Positions 19,388 through 28,131 of a stretch of 64,000 nt of DNA are shown in pieces. The stretch spans positions 16,207 through 80,206 of the forward strand of contig NKIT01000001.1 in the NCBI GenBank assembly GCA_002256185.1, written 5' to 3'. The translations under genes and the position numbers were made by a program. The DNA comes from Rhodobacteraceae bacterium PARR1. GTDB lineage: Bacteria; Pseudomonadota; Alphaproteobacteria; Rhodobacterales; Rhodobacteraceae. The notes beneath the pieces are model-generated. The model did not search any database. It was given only the letters and a program-made list of their open reading frames with translations, and was not told the origin of the DNA. Each line of letters begins with the position of its first letter. Within the stretch, counting starts at the first letter, position 1.

Positions 19388-20211
19388 TGCAAAATTTTGA
19401 GATGACCGTTGCGATGTCCGTTTACGATGGCGTCGAATTGCATCACCTTCAGGCTGCGCTGGGATCAGTGCTAAGCCAATCGGGAGTGGATTTCGAAGTC
19501 TGTTTGGTCATGGACGGAATCAAGCGTGAGGATTTGCGCAGTTATTTGATCGCACAGGCGGATGCGGACTCACGAATCAACCTTATTGATTTTGAGCGGA
19601 ACCGCAAACTACCCGCAGCGTTGAACGCAATTGTGCGCGCGATGAAATCGGATTTTCTGGTACGCATGGACTCCGATGATTTATGCGTGCCGGGACGGTT
19701 CAAAGTACTTGTTGATTTCATGCGCAGCAATCCCGACGTTGACGCGGCAGGTTCAGGCTCATTCGAGTTCTCTGACGGACCTTTTGACCAAGGCCTGCAG
19801 CGTCGCTACCCTCAGACGCATGAAGAGATCGTCAGACAGTTCAACTACAACAATCCCTTTTGCCACCCCTCCATGATCTTTCGGAAGCGTTTCTTTGAAC
19901 TTGGTCTCTATCCGCTTTGGACACTGAATGAGGACACCCTCTTATTCCTGAACGGTCTGGCGGGCGGTGCGCGCTATGCAAATATTCCGCAACCACTCTA
20001 TGCGCACAGATATGATGCGGATGTCGGAAAGCGCCGACAAAACTGGAAAAGATCGTTCACGATTTTTCTGGATCGGTTGCGGGTTATAGATAAGTGCGAT
20101 GGCGGCATGAAGGCTCGTTTATATGCATTCATGCTGTTGTTGGGGCAAACCTTGGGCGGGCCTGTCTATCCTTTGGTGCGCCGCTTGATGCTTAAACGAC
20201 GGGCGTTATGA
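19387..20211 (+). CDS. GT2-family glycosyltransferase
   Basis: 274 aa. VAMSVYDG N-terminus and the VRMDSDDL (DxD-type) motif. The ATG shares one base with the upstream stop. Confidence 0.8.
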   Translation: MQNFEMTVAMSVYDGVELHHLQAALGSVLSQSGVDFEVCLVMDGIKREDLRSYLIAQADADSRINLIDFERNRKLPAALNAIVRAMKSDFLVRMDSDDLCVPGRFKVLVDFMRSNPDVDAAGSGSFEFSDGPFDQGLQRRYPQTHEEIVRQFNYNNPFCHPSMIFRKRFFELGLYPLWTLNEDTLLFLNGLAGGARYANIPQPLYAHRYDADVGKRRQNWKRSFTIFLDRLRVIDKCDGGMKARLYAFMLLLGQTLGGPVYPLVRRLMLKRRAL

Positions 20212-20260
20212 CGAACATCCGGATTTCACAGCTTGATATCGGCGTCGGTATTGGTCGAAC

Positions 20261-21274
20261 TTACCGCCCGTAATACTCCCGATACCACACCACAAACTCG
20301 GCCAACCCATCCCGGATGTCGGTATTTGGGCGATAGCCGGTCAGGCGTTGCAGCAGGCTGGCGTCAGCCCAGGTCGCAGGTACGTCCCCCATCTGCATCG
20401 GCATGAAATTACGGATGGCCTTCTGCCCGCCCGCATCTTCAATCGCCTCGACAAAGTCCAAGAGCTTCACCTTCTGCGAATTGCCGATGTTGACCACACG
20501 GTAGGGCGCAACCGCTGACAGGCTATCCCCCTCTTCGACCACACCATCCACAGGGCGCACCGGCACAGCGTCAATCAACAACCGGATGCCGCGCACCAGA
20601 TCGCCGACATGGGTGAAATCGCGGTACATCTCACCATGATTATAGATGTCGATGGGCTGGCCCTTCAGGATCAGATCGACAAACTTGAAATAGGCCAGAT
20701 CGGGCCGCCCCCATGTGCCGTAGACGGTGAAAAAGCGGAACATCGTGGTCGGCAGGTTCCACAGATGGGCATAGGCATGGCCCATGCTTTCCGTCGCCTT
20801 CTTGGTCGCGGCATAGATTGTCAGTTGCGTGTCGGCCTTATGCGTCTCGGCATAGGGCATTTCCGTGTTCGCGCCGTAGATCGAACTGGTCGAAGCCATC
20901 AGCAAATGCCCGACCTTCAACCGCCGCGCAGCCTCCATCACGTTGAAAGTACCGACGACGTTGCTGTCGAGGTAAGCGCGCGGGTTTTCAAGGCTGTAGC
21001 GCACCCCGGCTTGGGCGGCGAGGTGGATGATGACCTCCGGCGCAAAGTCATCCGCCACCTGATCGAACAGGGCGCGGTCTTCCAGCATGCCTTCGGTGGC
21101 GGAAAATCCGGGGGTTTGCAGCAGCATCGCATGACGGCGCTGTTTCAGGGTGACGTCGTAATAATCTGTCATGCCGTCATAGCCATGCACGCGGAAGCCT
21201 TCGGCCAAAAGCAATCGCGCCAGATGAAAGCCGATGAACCCGGCCGTGCCGGTGATCAGAAACTTGCGGGTCAT
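20261..21274 (-). CDS. NAD-dependent epimerase/dehydratase, UDP-glucuronate 4-epimerase-like
   Basis: 337 aa. FLITGTAGFIGFHL, DYYDVTLKQRR, and the YAATK catalytic motif. Overall resemblance to the LpsL/Cap1J type. Confidence 0.78.
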   Translation of the reverse strand: MTRKFLITGTAGFIGFHLARLLLAEGFRVHGYDGMTDYYDVTLKQRRHAMLLQTPGFSATEGMLEDRALFDQVADDFAPEVIIHLAAQAGVRYSLENPRAYLDSNVVGTFNVMEAARRLKVGHLLMASTSSIYGANTEMPYAETHKADTQLTIYAATKKATESMGHAYAHLWNLPTTMFRFFTVYGTWGRPDLAYFKFVDLILKGQPIDIYNHGEMYRDFTHVGDLVRGIRLLIDAVPVRPVDGVVEEGDSLSAVAPYRVVNIGNSQKVKLLDFVEAIEDAGGQKAIRNFMPMQMGDVPATWADASLLQRLTGYRPNTDIRDGLAEFVVWYREYYGR

Positions 21275-22641
21275 GCTACCAACGGCCCTTTCACAATACC
21301 CAAAGCCTGCGCCAGCAACGCCTGCGCCTCGGCGGGCGAATTGGCCTCAACATACACCCGAAACTCCGGCGCATTGCCGGATGGCCGCAGGTGCAATACG
21401 CGGCCTGAGGCGCAGGTGACGCGCAGGCCGTCAGTCAGGTCTTGGGTGGCTGCGGTTTCAGCCAACTCCGCCAGCAGGGCGGACAGGGCGGCGGGGTCTG
21501 CCATCAACTGCGTCAAGAGCGCGGCAGAGCGCTCGGTCGGGACATCCTCGATCCGATCCGTGGCGGTAAAGCGTGGCGGCTCGTGCGACACCACTGCGGC
21601 AAGCCCAATCCCCCGCGCGGCGACCAAGGGGGCGATGATCGGCAACAGGCTGTCGCGTGTGGCCAAAGGTGCCAAAGGTCCGGCCAGCGTCGCGGGGAAA
21701 CCGAGCAGGAAGCCGCCATTCGCCTCATACCCCACCACGCGGCCGCCAACCGCCATTCCGGCGATGACGAAGGGAGAACCGATGCGCGTGCGGATCACGC
21801 GGGGGAAATGGCCAGACGCCTCAACCCCGGTGTTAGAGCTGACCGGCGTCACCACCGTATCTGCCCCCACCACTCGTGCGGTGATCTGGCCAAGGATGTC
21901 GCCCGGCACCACAGCGCCCGTCGCATCCGCCACCAAGGGACGGTCGCCATCGCCATCGGTCGAGACCAGCGCATCCAATCCCTGCGCGGCCACCCAACCG
22001 GCGATCTGGGTCCGTGCCCAATCTGGCACAGCCTCGGTATCCACGGGGATGAAGGCATCAGACCGCCCGACCTCAACCACCGCTGCCCCCAGACCGCGCA
22101 GGGCATCGGCCAGCAAATCCCGGCTGACGGCGGAATGTGACCAGACCCCGATCCGCATCCCGGCCAGCGCCTGCGGGCCAAAGGCTGTGACATAGCGCGC
22201 CACCCAATCCGCCCCGGCCGTCTTGTTCCGCACCAAGGCACCCTGCCCCGTCCCGGCCTGACGCCCGAGTGCCGCCAGAATGGCCGCCTCATCCGTCTTG
22301 GTGATCTCTCCACCCGGCAAATAGAACTTCAACCCGTTGCGATCGGCGGGGATGTGGCTCCCGGTCACCATCACCGCCGCCGCCCCCGCCCCCATCGCGG
22401 CCAAGGCCAGCGCCGGTGTCGGCACCGCCCCGCAGTCGGTGACATCCACCCCTTCGCCCCGCGCCGCCGCGATCACCACATCGGCCAGCATGGGCGAGGA
22501 CTCGCGCAGGTCGCGCCCGACGAACAGCCCCGTTCCCATCGGACAGGCCGCGATGAAGGCGCGGACATGATCGGCCACCAGCGCTGGCGTCAATTCCACC
22601 ACAAGCCCCCGCAAACCACTCGTCCCGAACTTCGGTGCCAT
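21271..22641 (-). CDS. manB: Phosphomannomutase / phosphoglucomutase family protein
   Basis: MAPKFGTSGLRG start. Active-site TGSHIPADRNG and metal loop STDGDGDRP. The ORF extension to 22725 has no supporting motif. Confidence 0.85.
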   Translation of the reverse strand: MAPKFGTSGLRGLVVELTPALVADHVRAFIAACPMGTGLFVGRDLRESSPMLADVVIAAARGEGVDVTDCGAVPTPALALAAMGAGAAAVMVTGSHIPADRNGLKFYLPGGEITKTDEAAILAALGRQAGTGQGALVRNKTAGADWVARYVTAFGPQALAGMRIGVWSHSAVSRDLLADALRGLGAAVVEVGRSDAFIPVDTEAVPDWARTQIAGWVAAQGLDALVSTDGDGDRPLVADATGAVVPGDILGQITARVVGADTVVTPVSSNTGVEASGHFPRVIRTRIGSPFVIAGMAVGGRVVGYEANGGFLLGFPATLAGPLAPLATRDSLLPIIAPLVAARGIGLAAVVSHEPPRFTATDRIEDVPTERSAALLTQLMADPAALSALLAELAETAATQDLTDGLRVTCASGRVLHLRPSGNAPEFRVYVEANSPAEAQALLAQALGIVKGPLVA

Positions 22642-22735
22642 CGTCCCCCCTGCAGAAACGGCCCTATCCCCTTGGACCTGCGGCCTGAATGCGTATAGCC
22701 TGCAGTTTGCGTGTCGGGCAATCAATCAGGGTATC

Positions 22736-24154
22736 ATGATTCATCCGGTTATTTTGTGTGGCGGGTCGGGCACCCGTCTGTGGCCGCTGTCCCGGCAAAG
22801 CTATCCCAAGCAATTCGCCAAGCTGACGGGGGAGCGCAGCCTGTTCCAATCCTCGGCCTTGCGCTGCACGGCTGACGGGTTTGCCGCGCCGCTGATCATC
22901 ACCGGTGATCCGTTCCGCTTCATCGTCATCGAACAACTGGCGGCGGTGGAAATCGCGCCACAAGGCGTGCTGATCGAACCCGCCGCCCGCAACACGGCCC
23001 CCGCAATCCTTGCCGCCGCATTGCATCTGGCGGCAAAAGACCCGGCGGCGGTGATGCTGGTCCTGCCATCGGACCATGTGATCCCCGATGCGGCGGCCTT
23101 CCGGCAGGCGGTGCAAACCGCCCTGCCACGGGCAGAGGCCGGGGATATCGTGACCTTTGGCATCCAACCGGATCGGCCAGAGACGGGCTATGGCTATCTG
23201 CGCCTGACCGAACCGCCTGCGGGAAAGACCGGCCCGCATCCGCTTGCCGCCTTTGTGGAAAAACCCGATGCCGCCCGCGCCGCCGCGATGCTGGCTGATG
23301 GGCTGCACCTGTGGAACGCCGGGATATTCCTGTTCTCGGCCCGCGCCATCCTTGACGCCTTTGCCACCCATGCGCCCGATCTGATGCCAAAGGCCAAGGC
23401 GGCGGTGGCCGGGGCCAAGACCGATCTCGGCTTTACCCGTCTGGATGCTGCCCCTTGGGCAGAGCTTCCGGATATCTCGGTTGATTATGCAATCATGGAA
23501 AAGGCGGCGAACCTTGCCGTCATGCCCTATGCCGGGCGCTGGTCGGACCTTGGCGGGTGGGAGGCTGTCTGGCAGGAATCCGGCCCGGACGCCTCTGGCA
23601 ATGTGCTGTCGGAAAACGCCACCGCCATTGAATGCAAGGACACCCTCCTCCGCTCTGAATCCGATGGGGTGGAACTGGTGGGCATCGGGCTGGAAAACCT
23701 TGTCGTCGTCGCCATGCCGGATGCCGTGCTTGTGGCGCGCAAGGATCAGTCTCAGCGCGTGAAAGAGGCGGTTGCCGCGTTGAAATCCAAGGGCGCGAAG
23801 CAGGCCACCGCCTTTGCCCGCGATTTCCGGCCTTGGGGCTGGTATGAAAGCCTTGCCCTTGGGCCACGCTTTCAGGTCAAACGCATCGTCGTCCATCCCG
23901 GCGCGTCGCTGTCGCTGCAATCGCATCACCATCGGTCCGAACATTGGGTCGTGGTCGAAGGCACCGCCAAGGTCACGGTCAATGATGAGGTGCGGCTGAT
24001 CTCTGAAAACCAGTCGGTCTATATCCCCTTGGGCGCCGTGCACCGGATGGAAAACCCCGGCAAACTGCCCATGGTGCTGATCGAGGTGCAGACCGGCAGC
24101 TATCTGGGAGAGGATGACATCATCCGCTACGAAGACATCTACGCCCGGACCTGA
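22736..24154 (+). CDS. manC: Bifunctional mannose-1-phosphate guanylyltransferase / mannose-6-phosphate isomerase
   Basis: 472 aa. VILCGGSGTRLWPLSR N-terminus and a C-terminal cupin (RPWGWYE, LSLQSHHHRSEHWVVVEGTA). Divergent from manB. Confidence 0.93.
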   Translation: MIHPVILCGGSGTRLWPLSRQSYPKQFAKLTGERSLFQSSALRCTADGFAAPLIITGDPFRFIVIEQLAAVEIAPQGVLIEPAARNTAPAILAAALHLAAKDPAAVMLVLPSDHVIPDAAAFRQAVQTALPRAEAGDIVTFGIQPDRPETGYGYLRLTEPPAGKTGPHPLAAFVEKPDAARAAAMLADGLHLWNAGIFLFSARAILDAFATHAPDLMPKAKAAVAGAKTDLGFTRLDAAPWAELPDISVDYAIMEKAANLAVMPYAGRWSDLGGWEAVWQESGPDASGNVLSENATAIECKDTLLRSESDGVELVGIGLENLVVVAMPDAVLVARKDQSQRVKEAVAALKSKGAKQATAFARDFRPWGWYESLALGPRFQVKRIVVHPGASLSLQSHHHRSEHWVVVEGTAKVTVNDEVRLISENQSVYIPLGAVHRMENPGKLPMVLIEVQTGSYLGEDDIIRYEDIYART

Positions 24155-24951
24155 TGGACACAGCGTTCTTCATCGCCTCCAAGGTTATCTGGGCCGCCTT
24201 GCGCCCCGACAGCCTGCTGATGCTGGTCTTGGCCGCCAGTTGGCTGGTCTGGCGCAAGTGGCCTAAACTGGCGCGCAACCTGTTGGGCGTGACACTTCTG
24301 GCCATGGCAACAATCGCGGCTTGGCCGGTGCAGTCCCTGCTTTTCACCCCGCTGGAGGATCGCTTTCCCCAGCCCGCCATCCCGGACCAAGTGGCGGGGA
24401 TCATCATCCTTGGTGGGGCTGAACTGGCGGATCTGACCGCCGCGCGCGATCAGGTGCAACTGAACGCGGGGGCAGAACGGATGACGGCGGCGATGACCCT
24501 TGCCCTGCGCCACCCCACCGCTAAGGTGATCTTTACGGGCGGCAGCGGCAATCTGCGCGGTGGCGCGGCAGGGGCAGAGGTGGCAAAGCGCCTGTTTGCC
24601 GAATTGGGCCTGCCGCCAGACCGTCTGGTCCTTGAGTCCGCCTCGCGCAACACGGCTGAGAATGCCACGATGACACTGGCCCTTGTGCAGCCCCAACCGG
24701 GCGGAAACTGGCTGCTGGTCACATCGGCTTATCACATGCCCCGTGCGGTCGCCGCGTTCTGTGCCGCGGGATGGACGGGCCTCATCCCCTATCCGGTGGA
24801 TTACCGCAGCCCCGGCGATCGCGCGGGTTGGCGCTTTTCCGAAAACGCCGAAGCCCTTGCCACCGCCTTGCGCGAATGGATCGGCCTTGCCGCCTATCGC
24901 CTGACCGGACGCGCGACCGACCCATCGCCAGCTTGCCTCAGCCCGGAATAA
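24154..24951 (+). CDS. YdcF/ElyC-family (DUF218) envelope-associated protein
   Basis: 265 aa. N-terminal helices, VIFTGGSG, and LLVTSAYHMPRAV. The ATG shares a base with the manC TGA (24152-24156). Confidence 0.75.
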   Translation: MDTAFFIASKVIWAALRPDSLLMLVLAASWLVWRKWPKLARNLLGVTLLAMATIAAWPVQSLLFTPLEDRFPQPAIPDQVAGIIILGGAELADLTAARDQVQLNAGAERMTAAMTLALRHPTAKVIFTGGSGNLRGGAAGAEVAKRLFAELGLPPDRLVLESASRNTAENATMTLALVQPQPGGNWLLVTSAYHMPRAVAAFCAAGWTGLIPYPVDYRSPGDRAGWRFSENAEALATALREWIGLAAYRLTGRATDPSPACLSPE

Positions 24952-24972
24952 GGGAAAGGGGGCCTTGCCCCC

Positions 24973-25008
24973 CTTCCCCGTTGCTCAAATATCCCAAGGG
25001 GGTCGGCC
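24973..25008. repeat. Copy 1 of a short dispersed intergenic repeat (core TTGSYCAAATAYCC...GGGGG)
   Basis: cttccccgttgctcaaatatcccaagggggtcggcc. 21 of 22 core bases are identical to the copy at 63947-63968. It also resembles 42031-42057 in inverted orientation. Confidence 0.7.
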
Positions 25009-25090
25009 AGCGGATTAGCCAACGGTCCGAGAACCGATGGACGACGGGGTGTGAAACCCCCGCTCCTGCCGGATCAACCTGCGCGCAGGA

Positions 25091-25906
25091 TCAATCTTCG
25101 TCCCGCGACATCCCCGCCAGCATGATCCGCTCTTTCCGGCGCCGCGACAGTTCGTACCAGACCGCCGCCATCAATGTTATCGTTATCATGATCAACGCCA
25201 GCGCGTTGATCGTCGGCGTGATGCCAGAGCGCACCCTGGAAAACACATAGACGGTCAGCGTATCCGCACCGCCGCGCGTAAACTGCGTGACGTTGAAGTT
25301 TTCGATGGACTGGAAGAAAGCGACCGCCCCACCCGCCCCGATGGCGGGGTAAAGGTGCGGCAGCAAGATACGCCGCATCACCTGACCGTGGCTTGCACCC
25401 AGATCCAGCGCCGCCTCTTCCAGCGCGCCGTCAAAGGTTTGCAACCGCGCCAAGACGAGCAACATCACCATCGCGGCGATGTAACTGACCTGCCCCAGCA
25501 CCGACAGATGCAGCCCCGGCGGCACACCGATCTTGTTCCACATCAGCAGGGTGGAAATCCCGATCACCGCGCCAGGGATCAGGATGGTCGAGATCATCAG
25601 ACCATAAATCACCGTCCGAATCCGGCCAGAAATCGAGTTTATCAGGATCGCCGATGCCGTGCCGATGATGATGGAAATCACCGCCACTGCCAGCGCCACG
25701 ACCATTGTGTTGAACAGCGCGGTCCACATCCGCTCGTCTTGGAACAGATCATGGAACCAACGCAGGGTCCAACCGCGCCACGGCACGATCGACGGCAGTT
25801 TGGAATCGTTGAACGCCGCCCCCGCCATGATCACCAAGGGGATGATCAGATAGATCAGGAACGCGCCCATATAGAGGTGCGACAGCGTTGTTCTTAACTT
25901 ATGCAT
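25091..25906 (-). CDS. ABC transporter permease (PotC/PotI-like)
   Basis: 271 aa with 6 helices. EAA-type loop LEEAALDLGASHGQVMRRILLP. Confidence 0.88.
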   Translation of the reverse strand: MHKLRTTLSHLYMGAFLIYLIIPLVIMAGAAFNDSKLPSIVPWRGWTLRWFHDLFQDERMWTALFNTMVVALAVAVISIIIGTASAILINSISGRIRTVIYGLMISTILIPGAVIGISTLLMWNKIGVPPGLHLSVLGQVSYIAAMVMLLVLARLQTFDGALEEAALDLGASHGQVMRRILLPHLYPAIGAGGAVAFFQSIENFNVTQFTRGGADTLTVYVFSRVRSGITPTINALALIMITITLMAAVWYELSRRRKERIMLAGMSRDED

Positions 25907-25919
25907 GGTCCCGCCCCCC

Positions 25920-26843
25920 TTATTTCGCGATGTCTGACAGCTTCACGCGGAATATCCACATGACCAAGCTGACAAAAGCGGTGCACAGGAACAGCAGCAA
26001 GAAGGCATAGGCCGAGGCCGTGTTCCAATCCAGCGCGTCATTCATCCATTGCTGGATGGTCTGGGTAAACCATTGCGAGGTGGTGGACCCAAGGATCGAC
26101 GGCACCAGAAGCGACCCCGCCGACAGCATGAACACCATCACGGCCCCCGATGCGATGCCGGGCTTGGAATGCGGCAGCACGATCCGCCAATGGATGCGCC
26201 AGCGCGAGGCCCCCAGATCCTCGGCCGCCTCGATCTGGTTGGTGTCCAGCGATGATATGGCGTTGTAGATCGGGAACAGCATGAACAAAATGTAGGTGTA
26301 GACCAGACCGATCAGCACCGCGTCGTAATCGGTAATCCAGCGCACCGGCTTGTCAATTAAAGACAGCGATAGAAGCAGCGAGTTCAGCGGACCTTTCAGC
26401 GCAAGGATGATCCACCACGCAAAGGCGCGCAGCACCTCGGACACCCAAAGCGGCACGAACAGCAGCAGCAAGAGCGTCGGCACCGATTTGGGATTGGCGA
26501 TCTTGGCCAGATAAAAGGCGATGGGATAGGCCAGCACGAAACAGGCCAAGGTCACCGTCACCGAATACCAGATTGTCAGAAAGAAGGTCCGAATGTGCAC
26601 AGGGACCATGAAGGTCATGCCAAGGATCGTCGTCTCGACCGACCCGTCAAATACCTTCATGTAGTTGTTGACGGAATAGACATCCCTCGGTCCGCCCATC
26701 TCGACCACCGGCAGGTAGGGGCGGAAGCTGGATTCAAACAGCGTGATGTTCGGGATGATGACCAGCATCAGCAGCCAGAATGCCACCAAGAGCACCATCA
26801 ACCCGGTCAGTCCCGCGCCGTAACGTCGGATCAGGTCTTGCAT
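25920..26843 (-). CDS. ABC transporter permease (PotB/PotH-like)
   Basis: Start MQDLIRRYGAG at 26843, 13 nt after the ATPase stop and with a GAGGAGG upstream. EAA loop IEAAEDLGASRWRIHWRIVLP. The ORF extension to 27026 overlaps the ATPase gene. Confidence 0.88.
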   Translation of the reverse strand: MQDLIRRYGAGLTGLMVLLVAFWLLMLVIIPNITLFESSFRPYLPVVEMGGPRDVYSVNNYMKVFDGSVETTILGMTFMVPVHIRTFFLTIWYSVTVTLACFVLAYPIAFYLAKIANPKSVPTLLLLLFVPLWVSEVLRAFAWWIILALKGPLNSLLLSLSLIDKPVRWITDYDAVLIGLVYTYILFMLFPIYNAISSLDTNQIEAAEDLGASRWRIHWRIVLPHSKPGIASGAVMVFMLSAGSLLVPSILGSTTSQWFTQTIQQWMNDALDWNTASAYAFLLLFLCTAFVSLVMWIFRVKLSDIAK

Positions 26844-26856
26844 CGCGGCCCCCTCC

Positions 26857-27939
26857 TCAGCGGTCGGTTTCGGCGTCGGGCAGGATGGCACCGAGGGCGG
26901 GATCAAAGGACATGAACGCCGCCGACCCGATAGCAGGCACCGTCGCTGCGCCATCATTGCGGATTTCAGCGACCAAGGTCTTTCCACCCGCCGCCACGCC
27001 ATGGACCGAGATGAAGCTGCCCTCAAACGACACTTCGGAAATCGTCACCGGCACCGCGTTTTCCACCGCCGCTGTCAGGCTGATCGCGGTGTGTTCGGGC
27101 CGCACGAACAGTTTCACGCCCTTGCCCGTCGCCAATTCGCCCAACCGCGCGCGGAATGTGCCAAGCGGGGTTTCATAGCTTGCCATGCCACCGGCAGGAT
27201 TGACCACCGTGCCGTCGAAGATGTTGTTTTCGCCGACGAAGGACGCAACAAAGCCGTTGACCGGATTGTTGTAAATCTCACGCGGGTCGGCCACTTGCTG
27301 GATGCGGCCTTGGCTCATGACGCCGACGCGGTCGGACATCGCCAATGCCTCACCCTGATCATGGGTGATGTAGATGAAGGTCACGCCCGTGCGTTTCTGA
27401 ATGGCGCGCAGTTCCGCGCGCATATGCTGGCGCAGTTTCAAATCCAGCGCCGACAGCGGCTCGTCCAGCAACATGACCGCCGGTTCCACCGCCAAAGCCC
27501 GCGCAATCGCCACGCGCTGCTTTTGCCCGCCCGAAAGCTGGCTGGGATATTTGTCGGCCGCGCCGGGAAGGTCCACCAGACGCAGCAATTCATCAGCCCG
27601 CGCGCGACGCTTGGCTTTGTCGATGCCCCGCACCTCAAGCCCGAATGCGATGTTCTCGGCCACTGTCATCAGCGGGAACAGCGCAAGGTTTTGAAAGATC
27701 AGTGCGGTGGGGCGCTGGTTCGGACGCTGTCCGCGCACATCAACGCCGCCGATGCGCACAACCCCTTGGGTTGGTTCGGTAAAGCCGGAAATCATCCGCA
27801 GGATGGTCGTCTTGCCGCAGCCGGAGGGGCCGAGGAAGGAAAAGAACTCTCCGGGTTTGATAGAGACATTCACATGATCGACGGCACGAAAGCTGCCAAA
27901 GTCACAGACTACGTTTTCAAGATCGATTCCGGCGCTCAT
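26857..27939 (-). CDS. ABC transporter ATP-binding protein (PotA-like)
   Basis: 360 aa. Walker A GPSGCGKTT, signature LSGGQKQR and Walker B MLLDEP, plus a C-terminal TOBE-like region. Confidence 0.92.
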   Translation of the reverse strand: MSAGIDLENVVCDFGSFRAVDHVNVSIKPGEFFSFLGPSGCGKTTILRMISGFTEPTQGVVRIGGVDVRGQRPNQRPTALIFQNLALFPLMTVAENIAFGLEVRGIDKAKRRARADELLRLVDLPGAADKYPSQLSGGQKQRVAIARALAVEPAVMLLDEPLSALDLKLRQHMRAELRAIQKRTGVTFIYITHDQGEALAMSDRVGVMSQGRIQQVADPREIYNNPVNGFVASFVGENNIFDGTVVNPAGGMASYETPLGTFRARLGELATGKGVKLFVRPEHTAISLTAAVENAVPVTISEVSFEGSFISVHGVAAGGKTLVAEIRNDGAATVPAIGSAAFMSFDPALGAILPDAETDR

Positions 27940-28065
27940 CGGCCCTGTTCCCCTGAGGTCTTTTGTTTTTTGTTATCGTCGGCCAAAGCCGCATGCAGGT
28001 CTAGCAGGCCCGCATGTCGCCGCAATGAATAGCGCCAGTTCCCTGCCGGCGGTTGGTCCAGAAAC

Positions 28066-28104
28066 GACGCGATGCCCACAAAATGGACTCGCCGGGTCCG
28101 ATGG
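28066..28104 (-). terminator. Intra-operon hairpin / partial terminator after the binding-protein gene
   Basis: Perfect 12-bp stem ctcgccgggtcc/ggacccggcgag (28078-28089 / 28093-28104). It is followed on the minus strand by UCCAUUUUG. It lies between the SBP stop (28132) and the ATPase start (27939). Confidence 0.5.
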
Positions 28105-28131
28105 ACCCGGCGAGCGCAAAGATCGGAAAGT

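Noticed and set aside
4248-20211. A genomic island or mobile element explaining the two AT-rich glycan blocks.
   Set aside because: No integrase, transposase, tRNA attachment site or flanking direct repeats could be found by reading. The compositional shift is typical of serotype-variable glycan cassettes and does not by itself prove mobility.
20609-24043. Long ORFs 20609..22195 (+, 528 aa) and 22664..24043 (-, 459 aa).
   Set aside because: They are antisense to the epimerase and manB genes and to manC respectively. They are low-complexity and R/G/P-rich. The opposite-strand genes carry clear catalytic motifs.
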